Positions 47,905 through 56,511 of a stretch of DNA of 62,709 nucleotides are shown here, in pieces. Both the position numbers and the translations under genes were made by a program. The stretch is taken from contig DAOUVJ010000002.1 of the NCBI GenBank assembly GCA_030667705.1, forward strand, positions 1-62,709, written 5' to 3'. Below the pieces are notes generated by a model. It was not told the origin of the DNA and did not search any database. It was given only the letters and a program-made list of their open reading frames with translations. Every line of letters starts with the position of its first letter. The first letter of the stretch is position 1. This DNA comes from Promethearchaeota archaeon. GTDB taxonomy: Archaea > Asgardarchaeota > Lokiarchaeia > Sigyniarchaeales > SOKP01.

Positions 47905-49167
47905 TCAAGATGCAAGAGATATTTTTTTTTGGGCAAAAAACGATATTTCCATCATTAGCAACCCATGGTAGTTAGATATGGAATCGTAATATACTTCACC
48001 ATCGTCTCTGTTAGCATGAATTAATGCTAAGTGTGCATTGAGTGCCGATTTCATTAATAATACTACTCCTTTATATATCATATTTGGACTCCATATTCCA
48101 CGATCCGGATTTGCCCACCATGTAGTATCTGAACATATACTCCTATCATAAAACCATCGTGCAGTGTTATAATAATTCCGAATGTTCCATTCTTTGGATA
48201 AATCTAAAGTATCTATCAGGTTCATTAGTTTGTTTAAGTTTTTCACAATTTTCCAATAGAAATTGTGAATTTTATTTTCTGAATGATTCCAAAGAGGATA
48301 AGGTAATTTTTGTTCTATATCATTCTCAGAAGTACTCCAACTTGATTCTCGTGGAATTAAATTTGTATCACTAATTGGGAAATAGTGATCTAACATGCTG
48401 ATAAAGGTAATTTCAATCTCTTTATCATCATTTATTATTTCTAATACTTTTTTTATGAAGGTTTTTTCATAATTTTTAAAATGGTGCCCAAAAGTTTCTC
48501 CATCCATCGCAGTTACTACATACGTATTGTTATTGTATTGTTGATCTTCGTCTTTATGCACTTTCTTTAATTCTATAGTGAACTCCTTAGCTGTAATATT
48601 ATTGAAAGAGATCTTATTACTTAAGATATCATCTCTAAAAAATAGCTTCAACCCATTAGGAGATTTATAGATTATATCATATGGCCATGTTAGACTTTTC
48701 TCTTCTCCAGGATAAGCAATTCCACTTTGAATCACCCACTCATAACCAATTTCTTTGATATATTTATCAATTTTTGATGATATTGCCATTTCAGGCGGAA
48801 AGAATCCCTTTCTTTCCCAAGAATTACCTAAAACTTTACGATTCATATCTTCATTTATTTGAATCTGGTGAAATGCTTCTTTTTTAGGAATTAAAGGCAA
48901 AATAGGATGAAAGTTTGCAGTACCCATTATTTCAAGTTTTGATTCAGATACAAGATTTTTAATTAAATCTATTGTATCTTCTAAACCAAATTCATTTAGC
49001 ATATCAATAAGAGTCCCATTGATATTTAGTGTAAATTTTGCATTATCATATTCTTCCAAAATAGAAAATAGTGGTTTATAACATTCTTTATCAATTTCCT
49101 TTAGAACACGAACATCTTGCGTTGGTGGTTGGTAAATGTGCAGTAGTGGAGCCCAATATGTTGTCAT
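47905..49167 (-). CDS. Glycoside hydrolase family 57 enzyme (alpha-glucan-active)
   Basis: Has an N-terminal HIYQP block (an HQP-like block), FPPEMAIS (nucleophile region) and AMDGETFGHH. Confidence 0.75.
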   Translation of the reverse strand: MTTYWAPLLHIYQPPTQDVRVLKEIDKECYKPLFSILEEYDNAKFTLNINGTLIDMLNEFGLEDTIDLIKNLVSESKLEIMGTANFHPILPLIPKKEAFHQIQINEDMNRKVLGNSWERKGFFPPEMAISSKIDKYIKEIGYEWVIQSGIAYPGEEKSLTWPYDIIYKSPNGLKLFFRDDILSNKISFNNITAKEFTIELKKVHKDEDQQYNNNTYVVTAMDGETFGHHFKNYEKTFIKKVLEIINDDKEIEITFISMLDHYFPISDTNLIPRESSWSTSENDIEQKLPYPLWNHSENKIHNFYWKIVKNLNKLMNLIDTLDLSKEWNIRNYYNTARWFYDRSICSDTTWWANPDRGIWSPNMIYKGVVLLMKSALNAHLALIHANRDDGEVYYDSISNYHGLLMMEISFFAQKKISLAS

Positions 49168-49272
49168 AATATTTTTCCTAAAAATTTTAATTTAATATTG
49201 AATGTCATTCACAACTTTTAAAGGTTGGATCTTTCAAACCAAGCTCTTCAAATACTTCTATCTGAGGATTTA

Positions 49273-50385
49273 TTATTTTTCAACGATTTTTTCTTTAACT
49301 GCGGTACCAAAATGAGTAGCTCCAGGTCCTACATGCACTATAACTTCATCACTAATTTTAATATCAACAACAGGGCGAGCAACGCCGTGATTATCAACAA
49401 TTTTAACGGTTTCTGCATTTTGGCATATACAATTAATATGAATGACTTCATTATTAATTAACGCTTCTAATTCAAATCGAAGCATCGGTCGCGTTTCAAT
49501 CTTGACACGACCTACAGTAGCTATTCTAGTATTTCCTTCAATATCAACAACATAAACTTGGTCTCCACCCTTTAATTCACTTAAATACTTGGTACGATAT
49601 ACTCCTTGCTTTTCCGAGGGAACCAGAATATAAGCCGAAACATCCCCGGCATTTACACGAAATGGTCTTGAAGAGACAAATTTTGTGTCAAATACTTCAG
49701 CATGAACTAATACAAATCCTTTAGCTGTACTCCCTATGAGCATGCCCTCACCTACTTCAAGAAGAGAAGTTGTATCTACACATACTCGCTCGCTTTCAGG
49801 TATATTTTGAATACTTATAACTTTCGCTTTCGTTAAGTTGATCTTAAAATTTGATTGAGTAAATCTTTTTAATTCTTCCAATTCATCCACGTTTTTAGGG
49901 GCGTATAAAATTCCATCAACTCCCACTTCTAAAACGTTAAGCATTAATTCAGCTTATTTAACCGAATAAACTTCTGCGATTAAATTTGTATTGTTAGAAT
50001 GCATTGCAGCAATAAGATTTTCATAAGGTATAACTTTCCAATCTTTTGCTGAGACAATAATAAAATCAAGTAAACTAGTTTCAGATAGTCCTATAATTAT
50101 GCTCTCATCTTCTTTTGTTACTAACTCTCTATAGATACCGATTTTTATAGGATTTGATTCACTTTTAGGCATTAGTCTTTTTGCCTCATCTATATCTGAG
50201 CAAATTAGATTTTTTACGGGTAAAGTAAGATCTTTAGAATACGTGATTAGCCTTTCAAATTGAGATATTTCTTGAAGCACTTCTTTAGAAACAAGTATAT
50301 CCAAGAAATTATGATTTAAAGCTTCTTGAATTAACTTTTTAAAATTAGGGGTTTTCTGTTCAATGTTAAGTATAATAGTCTTCAT
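49273..50385 (-). pseudogene. aroB': 3-dehydroquinate synthase II (archaeal AroB') interrupted by one in-frame TAA at 49956-49954
   Basis: The two track ORFs (143 and 223 aa) are in the same frame, separated by TAA-GCT-GAA-TTA-ATG. Together (~366 aa) they are colinear with single-chain DHQS II (WKVIPYENLIA...RPFRVNAG...GRVKIE.RP...QNAET). Confidence 0.7.
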
Positions 50386-50547
50386 ATTTCATCAACTATG
50401 GAAATAAAATTTGGACTATGAAAGATTAAAGATTTGAAATTATTTTATTTAACTAAATTCTATTAAAATATTTAAGTCAAAAATATCTTACTTATTATTA
50501 AAGAGAATTAATTAAAATAAACTTCCAATATACTGAGATGAAACACA

Positions 50548-51198
50548 GTGGGAATTAAAAAGAAACTTTTTCCAAGAAAAGGAGTTGAAAAAGAAGAACT
50601 TGTAATTAAGGCCAAGGCGCATATTCGTAAGATGGCTCTGGCGAATAAAACTTATAGCAAAAGATCAGAAATCGCAAGAAAGAATGCAAAAATTGCTTTG
50701 AAACGAGGAGAAAGGGTAAGAGCGAAGAACTATCTAATCCAATTTAAGCAATATCAACAAAAGGTTGACCGAGCTAACAATATTCGAGCTAAAATAGAGC
50801 GATCCCTAGAAGCGGTTGAAGAAGGCAAAATGATTTCTATGACAGGTGATTTAATGGGTGGGATTAGAGATGAATTACAGACTATTTCGACTAAAGTCTC
50901 CCCCGAAAAAATTGCTATAATTGCGGAAGACTCTGAGGCATATGTTGCTGAAATAGAAGAATCTGCTGAAATATTAGCTGGTGACCCGGAGATTGACCTA
51001 GCTATTGATGTGACAGATGAATTAAATCAGCTTGAAACCGAGATGCTACTCGATCAAGGTGGTCAGATACCTGATGTACCTGCAGATGATTTACAATACA
51101 TTTCAGAGTTTGAACTTGATGAGGAAGAGCCTGAAATAAGAACTAAGGCAAAATTAAGTGATGAAATAGAAAAATTGAGGAAAGAGTTAGAATCATAA
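50548..51198 (+). CDS. Snf7/ESCRT-III (CHMP)-like protein
   Basis: At 216 aa it has a basic N-terminus (MGIKKKLFPRK), a long basic helical hairpin, an acidic C-terminal half and a terminal MIM-like helix (SDEIEKLRKELES). The start is GTG. Confidence 0.65.
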   Translation: MGIKKKLFPRKGVEKEELVIKAKAHIRKMALANKTYSKRSEIARKNAKIALKRGERVRAKNYLIQFKQYQQKVDRANNIRAKIERSLEAVEEGKMISMTGDLMGGIRDELQTISTKVSPEKIAIIAEDSEAYVAEIEESAEILAGDPEIDLAIDVTDELNQLETEMLLDQGGQIPDVPADDLQYISEFELDEEEPEIRTKAKLSDEIEKLRKELES

Positions 51199-51246
51199 AT
51201 TCTATTATCATTTTTCATTCTTTATAGCATTAAATTTTTACTTATT

Positions 51247-53343
51247 TTATGAATAATATTGTCTACCGTAAAATTCTCGATGTTTTCCTTTAATATCTTC
51301 AATTTCTTCCAAATCTTGGCTAATGTTCTCAATATTCTTATCGATAGAATATATCTGTTTCTGAAGGTTTTTGAAAGTCCTAAAATAATCAACTTCAGAA
51401 ATTATCCCTTGATCGAATTTTGTATCTAAAGCTTTCAAAGTTTCATCCAGACTATATTTTTCCTTCTCGAAATCACGCAATTTTCTGAGTTTTTCTTTTT
51501 CTTTTTTTGAATACTTTCCTTTAGTATTTAAATCATTAGGAATGAAATTTTCTTGATTAAAATATTCAGATAAATGATTTTTGGAATAATCATTATACAT
51601 GGAACGCTTTCCTTCATTTATATTCGAATATGAACCATGATCTCTTTGGGGGATATCGTAAGAATCATTGATCTCTGGAGAATGTAATAGACCATTTTTT
51701 TGAGCTTGCTCGAGTTTTCTCATTAGAATTTTTTTGTTTGTATCTATTCTCTGATTATTATTTCTGGTAGGAATTCTTCTTCTTTCATAGTTCTGAATTC
51801 TGTTAGGATCATATAGGTTTTGTGGAATAAAGCGATTATCGTAATAAGGTTGTTTATATTGATTGTTAACCCTTGGATTTCCAATAATAAACATGTTTTG
51901 GGGATCTTGATTAGGATATGTTTTATTATTGATTTGTTGGGGGGGGAGATTTTGATATTCTCGTGGAGGAATGGGTTGTGAGACTTGATAGTTTTGTGGT
52001 GGTATATTTTGAAGATAATTTGGTTGATATGGTTGTGGTTGATATGGTTGTGGTTGAATTCTTGGAATATCTTGAAGAATATAATTTGGCTGTCCTGCCA
52101 TGCTTATTGGGATTAGATTATCGGAATTTTGATTTATACTATTATATTGGCACTTTAAACTAAAAAATGAGTTAATAGTTTCTTCAATATATGCAGTTAT
52201 ATCATTTAATTCGATATAGATATTGTTAAGTCTCTCTGCGGTCTCTTGATCATACTTTATAGTATCATCAAAATTCCTTGCTAAAATAATATAATCCAAA
52301 ACTCGTGTAATGTTATTTGGAGGAAGAGAGAACTCATATCTCCCATAAGGAAATTCAATATATAATTTCTTGAACATTTTACCTTGGGATTTGATTTTAA
52401 TTAAATCTTTTACAGGAGCCTTAAATATAACTTCTTTCTTTCTTTTTAGTCTTCCATATTCATGTACAAATGATAAGTCAAGATTCGTAATAAAGAGGAT
52501 CCCTCTACTTTTTTTTATTTTATCTTGAGTGTTTAAACCATTGGCTAATTTTGCATAAATAGCATAAATTGGTTTTTCATTTTCAGCTAAATTTAAGTAT
52601 TTTTTATAGGTTTCAAAGTAAAAGATGATTTTTTCAATAAATTTCAAGTAATCTTGAATACTTTCTAAACTTGTAGAAATTGTTTTTATGTTATTCGTAA
52701 CATATTCCTGAATTGAATCATTGCTTCTTGTTAGATTCTCAAGGATCCCCTCAATAATAATTACATTTTCATTTGGTTGTGAGTAAATATCAAAAAAATA
52801 TTCCTTGTTTAATGATAGCTGGTTAAAAAGAATGCTAATTTTCTCATGTAAATTCTCTTTTGCATAACTTAATAATTTAAATAGTGCTAGGAGGTCAGCC
52901 TCCAAGTGGGGAAAGTGATAACACTTAATTGGAGGTGCCCGTGCGTTTTTTGTTTTTTCGCGCAAATGGTACAAGTTATTAATAAGTTCGTTTAATGGCT
53001 CAATGAAGTATCGCACGTTTTTTATTATATCTAAAAAACTTTTTTCTAATTCCTCTTTTTTCTCATAAATATTGATTATTGATGTGGAATGACATTTTTG
53101 GCAAGCTTTTAATAATTGACTCCCTTTAGTAACATGTTCACTCTCACAATCCTTGCAAGATCCATTTTTACCTGAATCGTTTATTTCTATATTCTTAGAA
53201 TTACAATCTTGACATACAAAATAATCAATTTTTTCTTCATGTAAGCATTCAGAACAACAAGTGGCTCCACAATCCTCACAATAATAAGCCAGCTTAATAA
53301 GTCTATTGCAGAATCGACAAATCTGCATGTTCTGTTCCGACAT
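51247..53343 (-). CDS. Multidomain protein: cross-brace zinc finger + zinc ribbon + coiled coil + PH/GRAM-like module + P/Q/N-rich region + SHOCT-like tail
   Basis: The Cys spacing is C9-x2-C12-x9-C22-x2-C25-x3-C29(C30)-x2/3-C33-x10-C44-x2-C47, then C63-x2-C66-x14-C81-x2-C84. Residues 279-345 read GILFITNLDLSF...LYIEFPYGRYEFSLP. Residues 415-530 are P/Q/N/Y-rich. Residues 630-665 read LDETLKALDTKFDQGIISEVDYFRTFKNL. Confidence 0.5.
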   Translation of the reverse strand: MSEQNMQICRFCNRLIKLAYYCEDCGATCCSECLHEEKIDYFVCQDCNSKNIEINDSGKNGSCKDCESEHVTKGSQLLKACQKCHSTSIINIYEKKEELEKSFLDIIKNVRYFIEPLNELINNLYHLREKTKNARAPPIKCYHFPHLEADLLALFKLLSYAKENLHEKISILFNQLSLNKEYFFDIYSQPNENVIIIEGILENLTRSNDSIQEYVTNNIKTISTSLESIQDYLKFIEKIIFYFETYKKYLNLAENEKPIYAIYAKLANGLNTQDKIKKSRGILFITNLDLSFVHEYGRLKRKKEVIFKAPVKDLIKIKSQGKMFKKLYIEFPYGRYEFSLPPNNITRVLDYIILARNFDDTIKYDQETAERLNNIYIELNDITAYIEETINSFFSLKCQYNSINQNSDNLIPISMAGQPNYILQDIPRIQPQPYQPQPYQPNYLQNIPPQNYQVSQPIPPREYQNLPPQQINNKTYPNQDPQNMFIIGNPRVNNQYKQPYYDNRFIPQNLYDPNRIQNYERRRIPTRNNNQRIDTNKKILMRKLEQAQKNGLLHSPEINDSYDIPQRDHGSYSNINEGKRSMYNDYSKNHLSEYFNQENFIPNDLNTKGKYSKKEKEKLRKLRDFEKEKYSLDETLKALDTKFDQGIISEVDYFRTFKNLQKQIYSIDKNIENISQDLEEIEDIKGKHREFYGRQYYS
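52021..52058 (-). repeat. 2.5 x 15-nt tandem repeat encoding (QPQPY)n
   Basis: The units are tggttgatatggttg x2 followed by tggttgaa. Confidence 0.8.
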
Positions 53344-53499
53344 TTTTACATCTAATTCCCAATTTAATTATGAGAAAACACAAAATTAACTAGTACTTTC
53401 AATAATTTTGAAGGGTTTTTTTAATTTCAATAGGTATATTATATATGTAATATCCCTAAAATACCTAAATTGGGCTTATTTAAAAGACTAAAAACGAGA

Positions 53500-53793
53500 T
53501 TATTTAATGATCTTAATTTTGGTACCTAAAGCTTGTCCTGGCAATCCTGCTTTTTTGAAATGTGCTCTAACGGCCCCACTATTACCATGTGCTCTAGTAA
53601 TTACACCTTTCATATCTTTTCCTGTTGGGCTAACCCATAAAACAGTCCTTCCTACTAATTTATTTGCTTCTTTTCTAGTTTTAATAGTTGGGAATACTAA
53701 TATGCAATGTTTGGGGTGAACTGTATGTCGTCCTCGTTTATAATTTGAAATCGCACCTTTCATTCCCAGTAATTCTAACTTATCCAATGTCAT
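53500..53793 (-). CDS. rpl35ae: Ribosomal protein L35Ae (eL33)
   Basis: Contains KGAISNYKRGRHTVHPKHCIL...GVITRAHGNSGAVRAHF. The start may instead be the internal ATG at 53763. Confidence 0.88.
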   Translation of the reverse strand: MTLDKLELLGMKGAISNYKRGRHTVHPKHCILVFPTIKTRKEANKLVGRTVLWVSPTGKDMKGVITRAHGNSGAVRAHFKKAGLPGQALGTKIKIIK

Positions 53794-53902
53794 AACATCT
53801 AAAAAAATATTTAAAAAGATAAAAAATTTACGATAATTATTTCTGTGTCCGCTTTTTCACAAAAAGTAAAATTTTTGTAGATTTCAAATTTATATTAAAT
53901 TT

Positions 53903-55279
53903 ATGAAAGTTGCGTTTGGAAAGAAAACTATAACTCCATTAAATTACCTAGGCATGTCATTAGCAGGTTACACTCGCAAAAAACCTTGCTTAGGAAAATT
54001 AGATGATATTAATGTTCACGGCATCTTGATTGAAGAAAATCAAGATTATCTCTTAATGCTTTCATTTGATACACTTAAGTTACCCTTAGCTATCGTAGAA
54101 TACATGAAAAATAGGATTGTTTCAGTTTTCCCATCTATTAAACCAGAGAAAATCCTTATACATGCTACTCACACTCATGCTTCTTTTGATCTAACGGGAG
54201 AATTTCATTGGTCTGGAGGGACTTTTAATGTTTTAAGAGGGATAATGTTTGGATCTAACAGAAATGATTTATACATTGTTTGGCTTGCTAATAGAGTTAT
54301 TCAATTGTTTGAGAAATTATCAAAACAGTTAGAGCCATGTAGGATTGCGTGGAAGAAAAAACAATGGAATCCTGATATTGTCATCAATCGAAGGCATCCA
54401 ACCAGACAATCAAAACCAGAACTTGGAGTCATAGTTTTCAAGTATGTGAGTAAAGATGAAATAATTGGATTACTTACAAATTACTCATGTCATCCAACAA
54501 CCCTATCATATAAGAATTTTAAATTATCAGCAGATTTTCCCGGAAAGTATGTTGAACGAATTGAACAAATGACTGATAAAAAAACTCGAGCTATATACTT
54601 CAATGGTCCATCTGGGGATCTTAATCCGATTACGACGAGTGGAATTAATTATAAAGCTTTAGAAGAAGAGAAATCGTTAATATACGATCAGCTAGGCACT
54701 TATGAAGATACTAAAAAAATTGGTTATATCATTGCTGAAGAGGCACTAAAATTGGCGAGATCTATTGATGATGAGGAATTCTCCGATTCTATCAGAATTA
54801 TGGCTGAATCCCATGAATTTTGGGTTCCAATGAAAGATGCAAAATATTTTAATAAAATTTGGTTATCTAATAAGCTCTACTATTGTATTAAGAAGCTATT
54901 TCTCCTTAAGATTGCCAGATTACTGCTTTTAAATGCTAATTTTCCATTTTTTACTTTGAATAAAAAAGGGCGGAGAGTTAAATGTAAAACAATCGTTCAA
55001 CGTTTTCAAATATCAACTGAGGCAAAAAACACGTCAAATAAGATAGATCTAATAACTGTACCAGGAGAATTATTTGAAGATTTAGGAAATAAGATCCTTG
55101 AAGAATCGTTGCTTGGAAGAGAGAATACTTTCATTTTTCAAAACTCTCAAGATTGGATTGCTTACTTGTTTACCATAAAAGAATATATAAATTTTGGAGG
55201 ATATGAGCCATTTCCAACGTTCAGTCCATTTTCTGGTGAAATAGTATTAAATGAAGTGATGAAATTTTTTCAGGAATAA
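53903..55279 (+). CDS. Neutral/alkaline ceramidase-family-like hydrolase
   Basis: The N-terminal pattern is G..TITP...G(M)SLAGY........G..DD(I)..(H)G.L......(L)...D......V.......I.....(I)HATHTHA, as in the Ceramidase_alk N-domain. Confidence 0.45.
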   Translation: MKVAFGKKTITPLNYLGMSLAGYTRKKPCLGKLDDINVHGILIEENQDYLLMLSFDTLKLPLAIVEYMKNRIVSVFPSIKPEKILIHATHTHASFDLTGEFHWSGGTFNVLRGIMFGSNRNDLYIVWLANRVIQLFEKLSKQLEPCRIAWKKKQWNPDIVINRRHPTRQSKPELGVIVFKYVSKDEIIGLLTNYSCHPTTLSYKNFKLSADFPGKYVERIEQMTDKKTRAIYFNGPSGDLNPITTSGINYKALEEEKSLIYDQLGTYEDTKKIGYIIAEEALKLARSIDDEEFSDSIRIMAESHEFWVPMKDAKYFNKIWLSNKLYYCIKKLFLLKIARLLLLNANFPFFTLNKKGRRVKCKTIVQRFQISTEAKNTSNKIDLITVPGELFEDLGNKILEESLLGRENTFIFQNSQDWIAYLFTIKEYINFGGYEPFPTFSPFSGEIVLNEVMKFFQE

Positions 55280-56454
55280 ATCAATTCTTCTGCCATTTCC
55301 CAAGCATGAATATTAATTCTTTGAATCACAGAATTAACATTCTGGTTATTTAGAATAGCTTTTTTAACTTGATCAATAACCTTTTTCTCAATAAACTCTA
55401 ACTTGGATAAGTACTGATTTTTCAAATCCAGATTATTAAGAGTTCTAATGAAATGAGAATGCCGTAGCCAATACCAATCTGAATTTTGTTTTTTATAAGG
55501 TCCAGATTTTAAGACTTTTTGATTTTCAAGGGAGAACAGGTATGGTTTATATGTGCTCAAACAGGGAAGGGCACTCCCAGTTAGCCAATGAATCGAATTA
55601 ATACCTTCCTTTCTCAGTTCAGAAACTTGAGATCCTGTTGATTCAAATCCACCATGCATACATAATCCCACATCATGTTCTCTTAGAAATTTCATCATTA
55701 ATGAAGGTGTAATTTTACCAATATTATTCTTTAGTAATAATGTAGACTTCCCTTCCCGTGAAAAGGGAGATAATGTATTAGAGATATAATCTCCTGAAAA
55801 AGTGACAGCAAAATCAAAATCATCATCATCTTTACAATATCCCATTTCAATTGCGTGATTAACAATTCCTTCTCGTCTAAAATCTCCCTTTCCGCGTATT
55901 GATATCCCATTAGAGATAGATCTTACATCGACGACCTTTTCAACAATCCACCAATCATCAGCAGTTTCTAAGACATATGCCTCTTTAGAGTCAGCAATAA
56001 GGAAAGAATTATGATAAGTCCAAGTAGAGTCCTCGTGAGAACATCCACCCCCTTGATGATATTTTTCTAATAATTCTGTAATTATTTTAGTTGATTTATA
56101 AGCAGAATTCCCTCGTTCTAATCCTAGTCGAAGAAGATCCATCCCGAGTAACCCCTCGTTTCTTAATGGCTCATGCGTGTACACCGCTTCATTTCCAATA
56201 ACTACCCCTTGCTCATTTGCTCCCATTTCAGCACCCCACATCCAAAAAGGCTGACTAAGAAGAATTGCAGCTGTTTCTTTTACTTGAGGTATTGATATAT
56301 AAGTACAATTAACCTTATCTCCCTCAACATGCTGACATTTAGGTGCATACGTGATTAATTGTATTTCATTTTGGGGTCGATCGCTATTCTTGCCAAAAAT
56401 TACATTTCCATTGTCAGTACTATTTCCCAAAGCCACTAATGTGTCACACATCAT
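55270..56454 (-). CDS. Peptidase C69 / secernin-like Ntn hydrolase
   Basis: The N-terminus is MMCDTLVAL...VIFGKNSDRPQNEIQ (Cys nucleophile after Met; compare secernin VVFGKNSARPRDEVQ). It overlaps the convergent neighbour by 10 nt. Confidence 0.65.
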   Translation of the reverse strand: MMCDTLVALGNSTDNGNVIFGKNSDRPQNEIQLITYAPKCQHVEGDKVNCTYISIPQVKETAAILLSQPFWMWGAEMGANEQGVVIGNEAVYTHEPLRNEGLLGMDLLRLGLERGNSAYKSTKIITELLEKYHQGGGCSHEDSTWTYHNSFLIADSKEAYVLETADDWWIVEKVVDVRSISNGISIRGKGDFRREGIVNHAIEMGYCKDDDDFDFAVTFSGDYISNTLSPFSREGKSTLLLKNNIGKITPSLMMKFLREHDVGLCMHGGFESTGSQVSELRKEGINSIHWLTGSALPCLSTYKPYLFSLENQKVLKSGPYKKQNSDWYWLRHSHFIRTLNNLDLKNQYLSKLEFIEKKVIDQVKKAILNNQNVNSVIQRINIHAWEMAEELIYS

Positions 56455-56511
56455 ATTTTCCTCTTGAATCTAATACGAATTTCCCCAATTGAAAATTCAA
56501 TAAACCATTTG

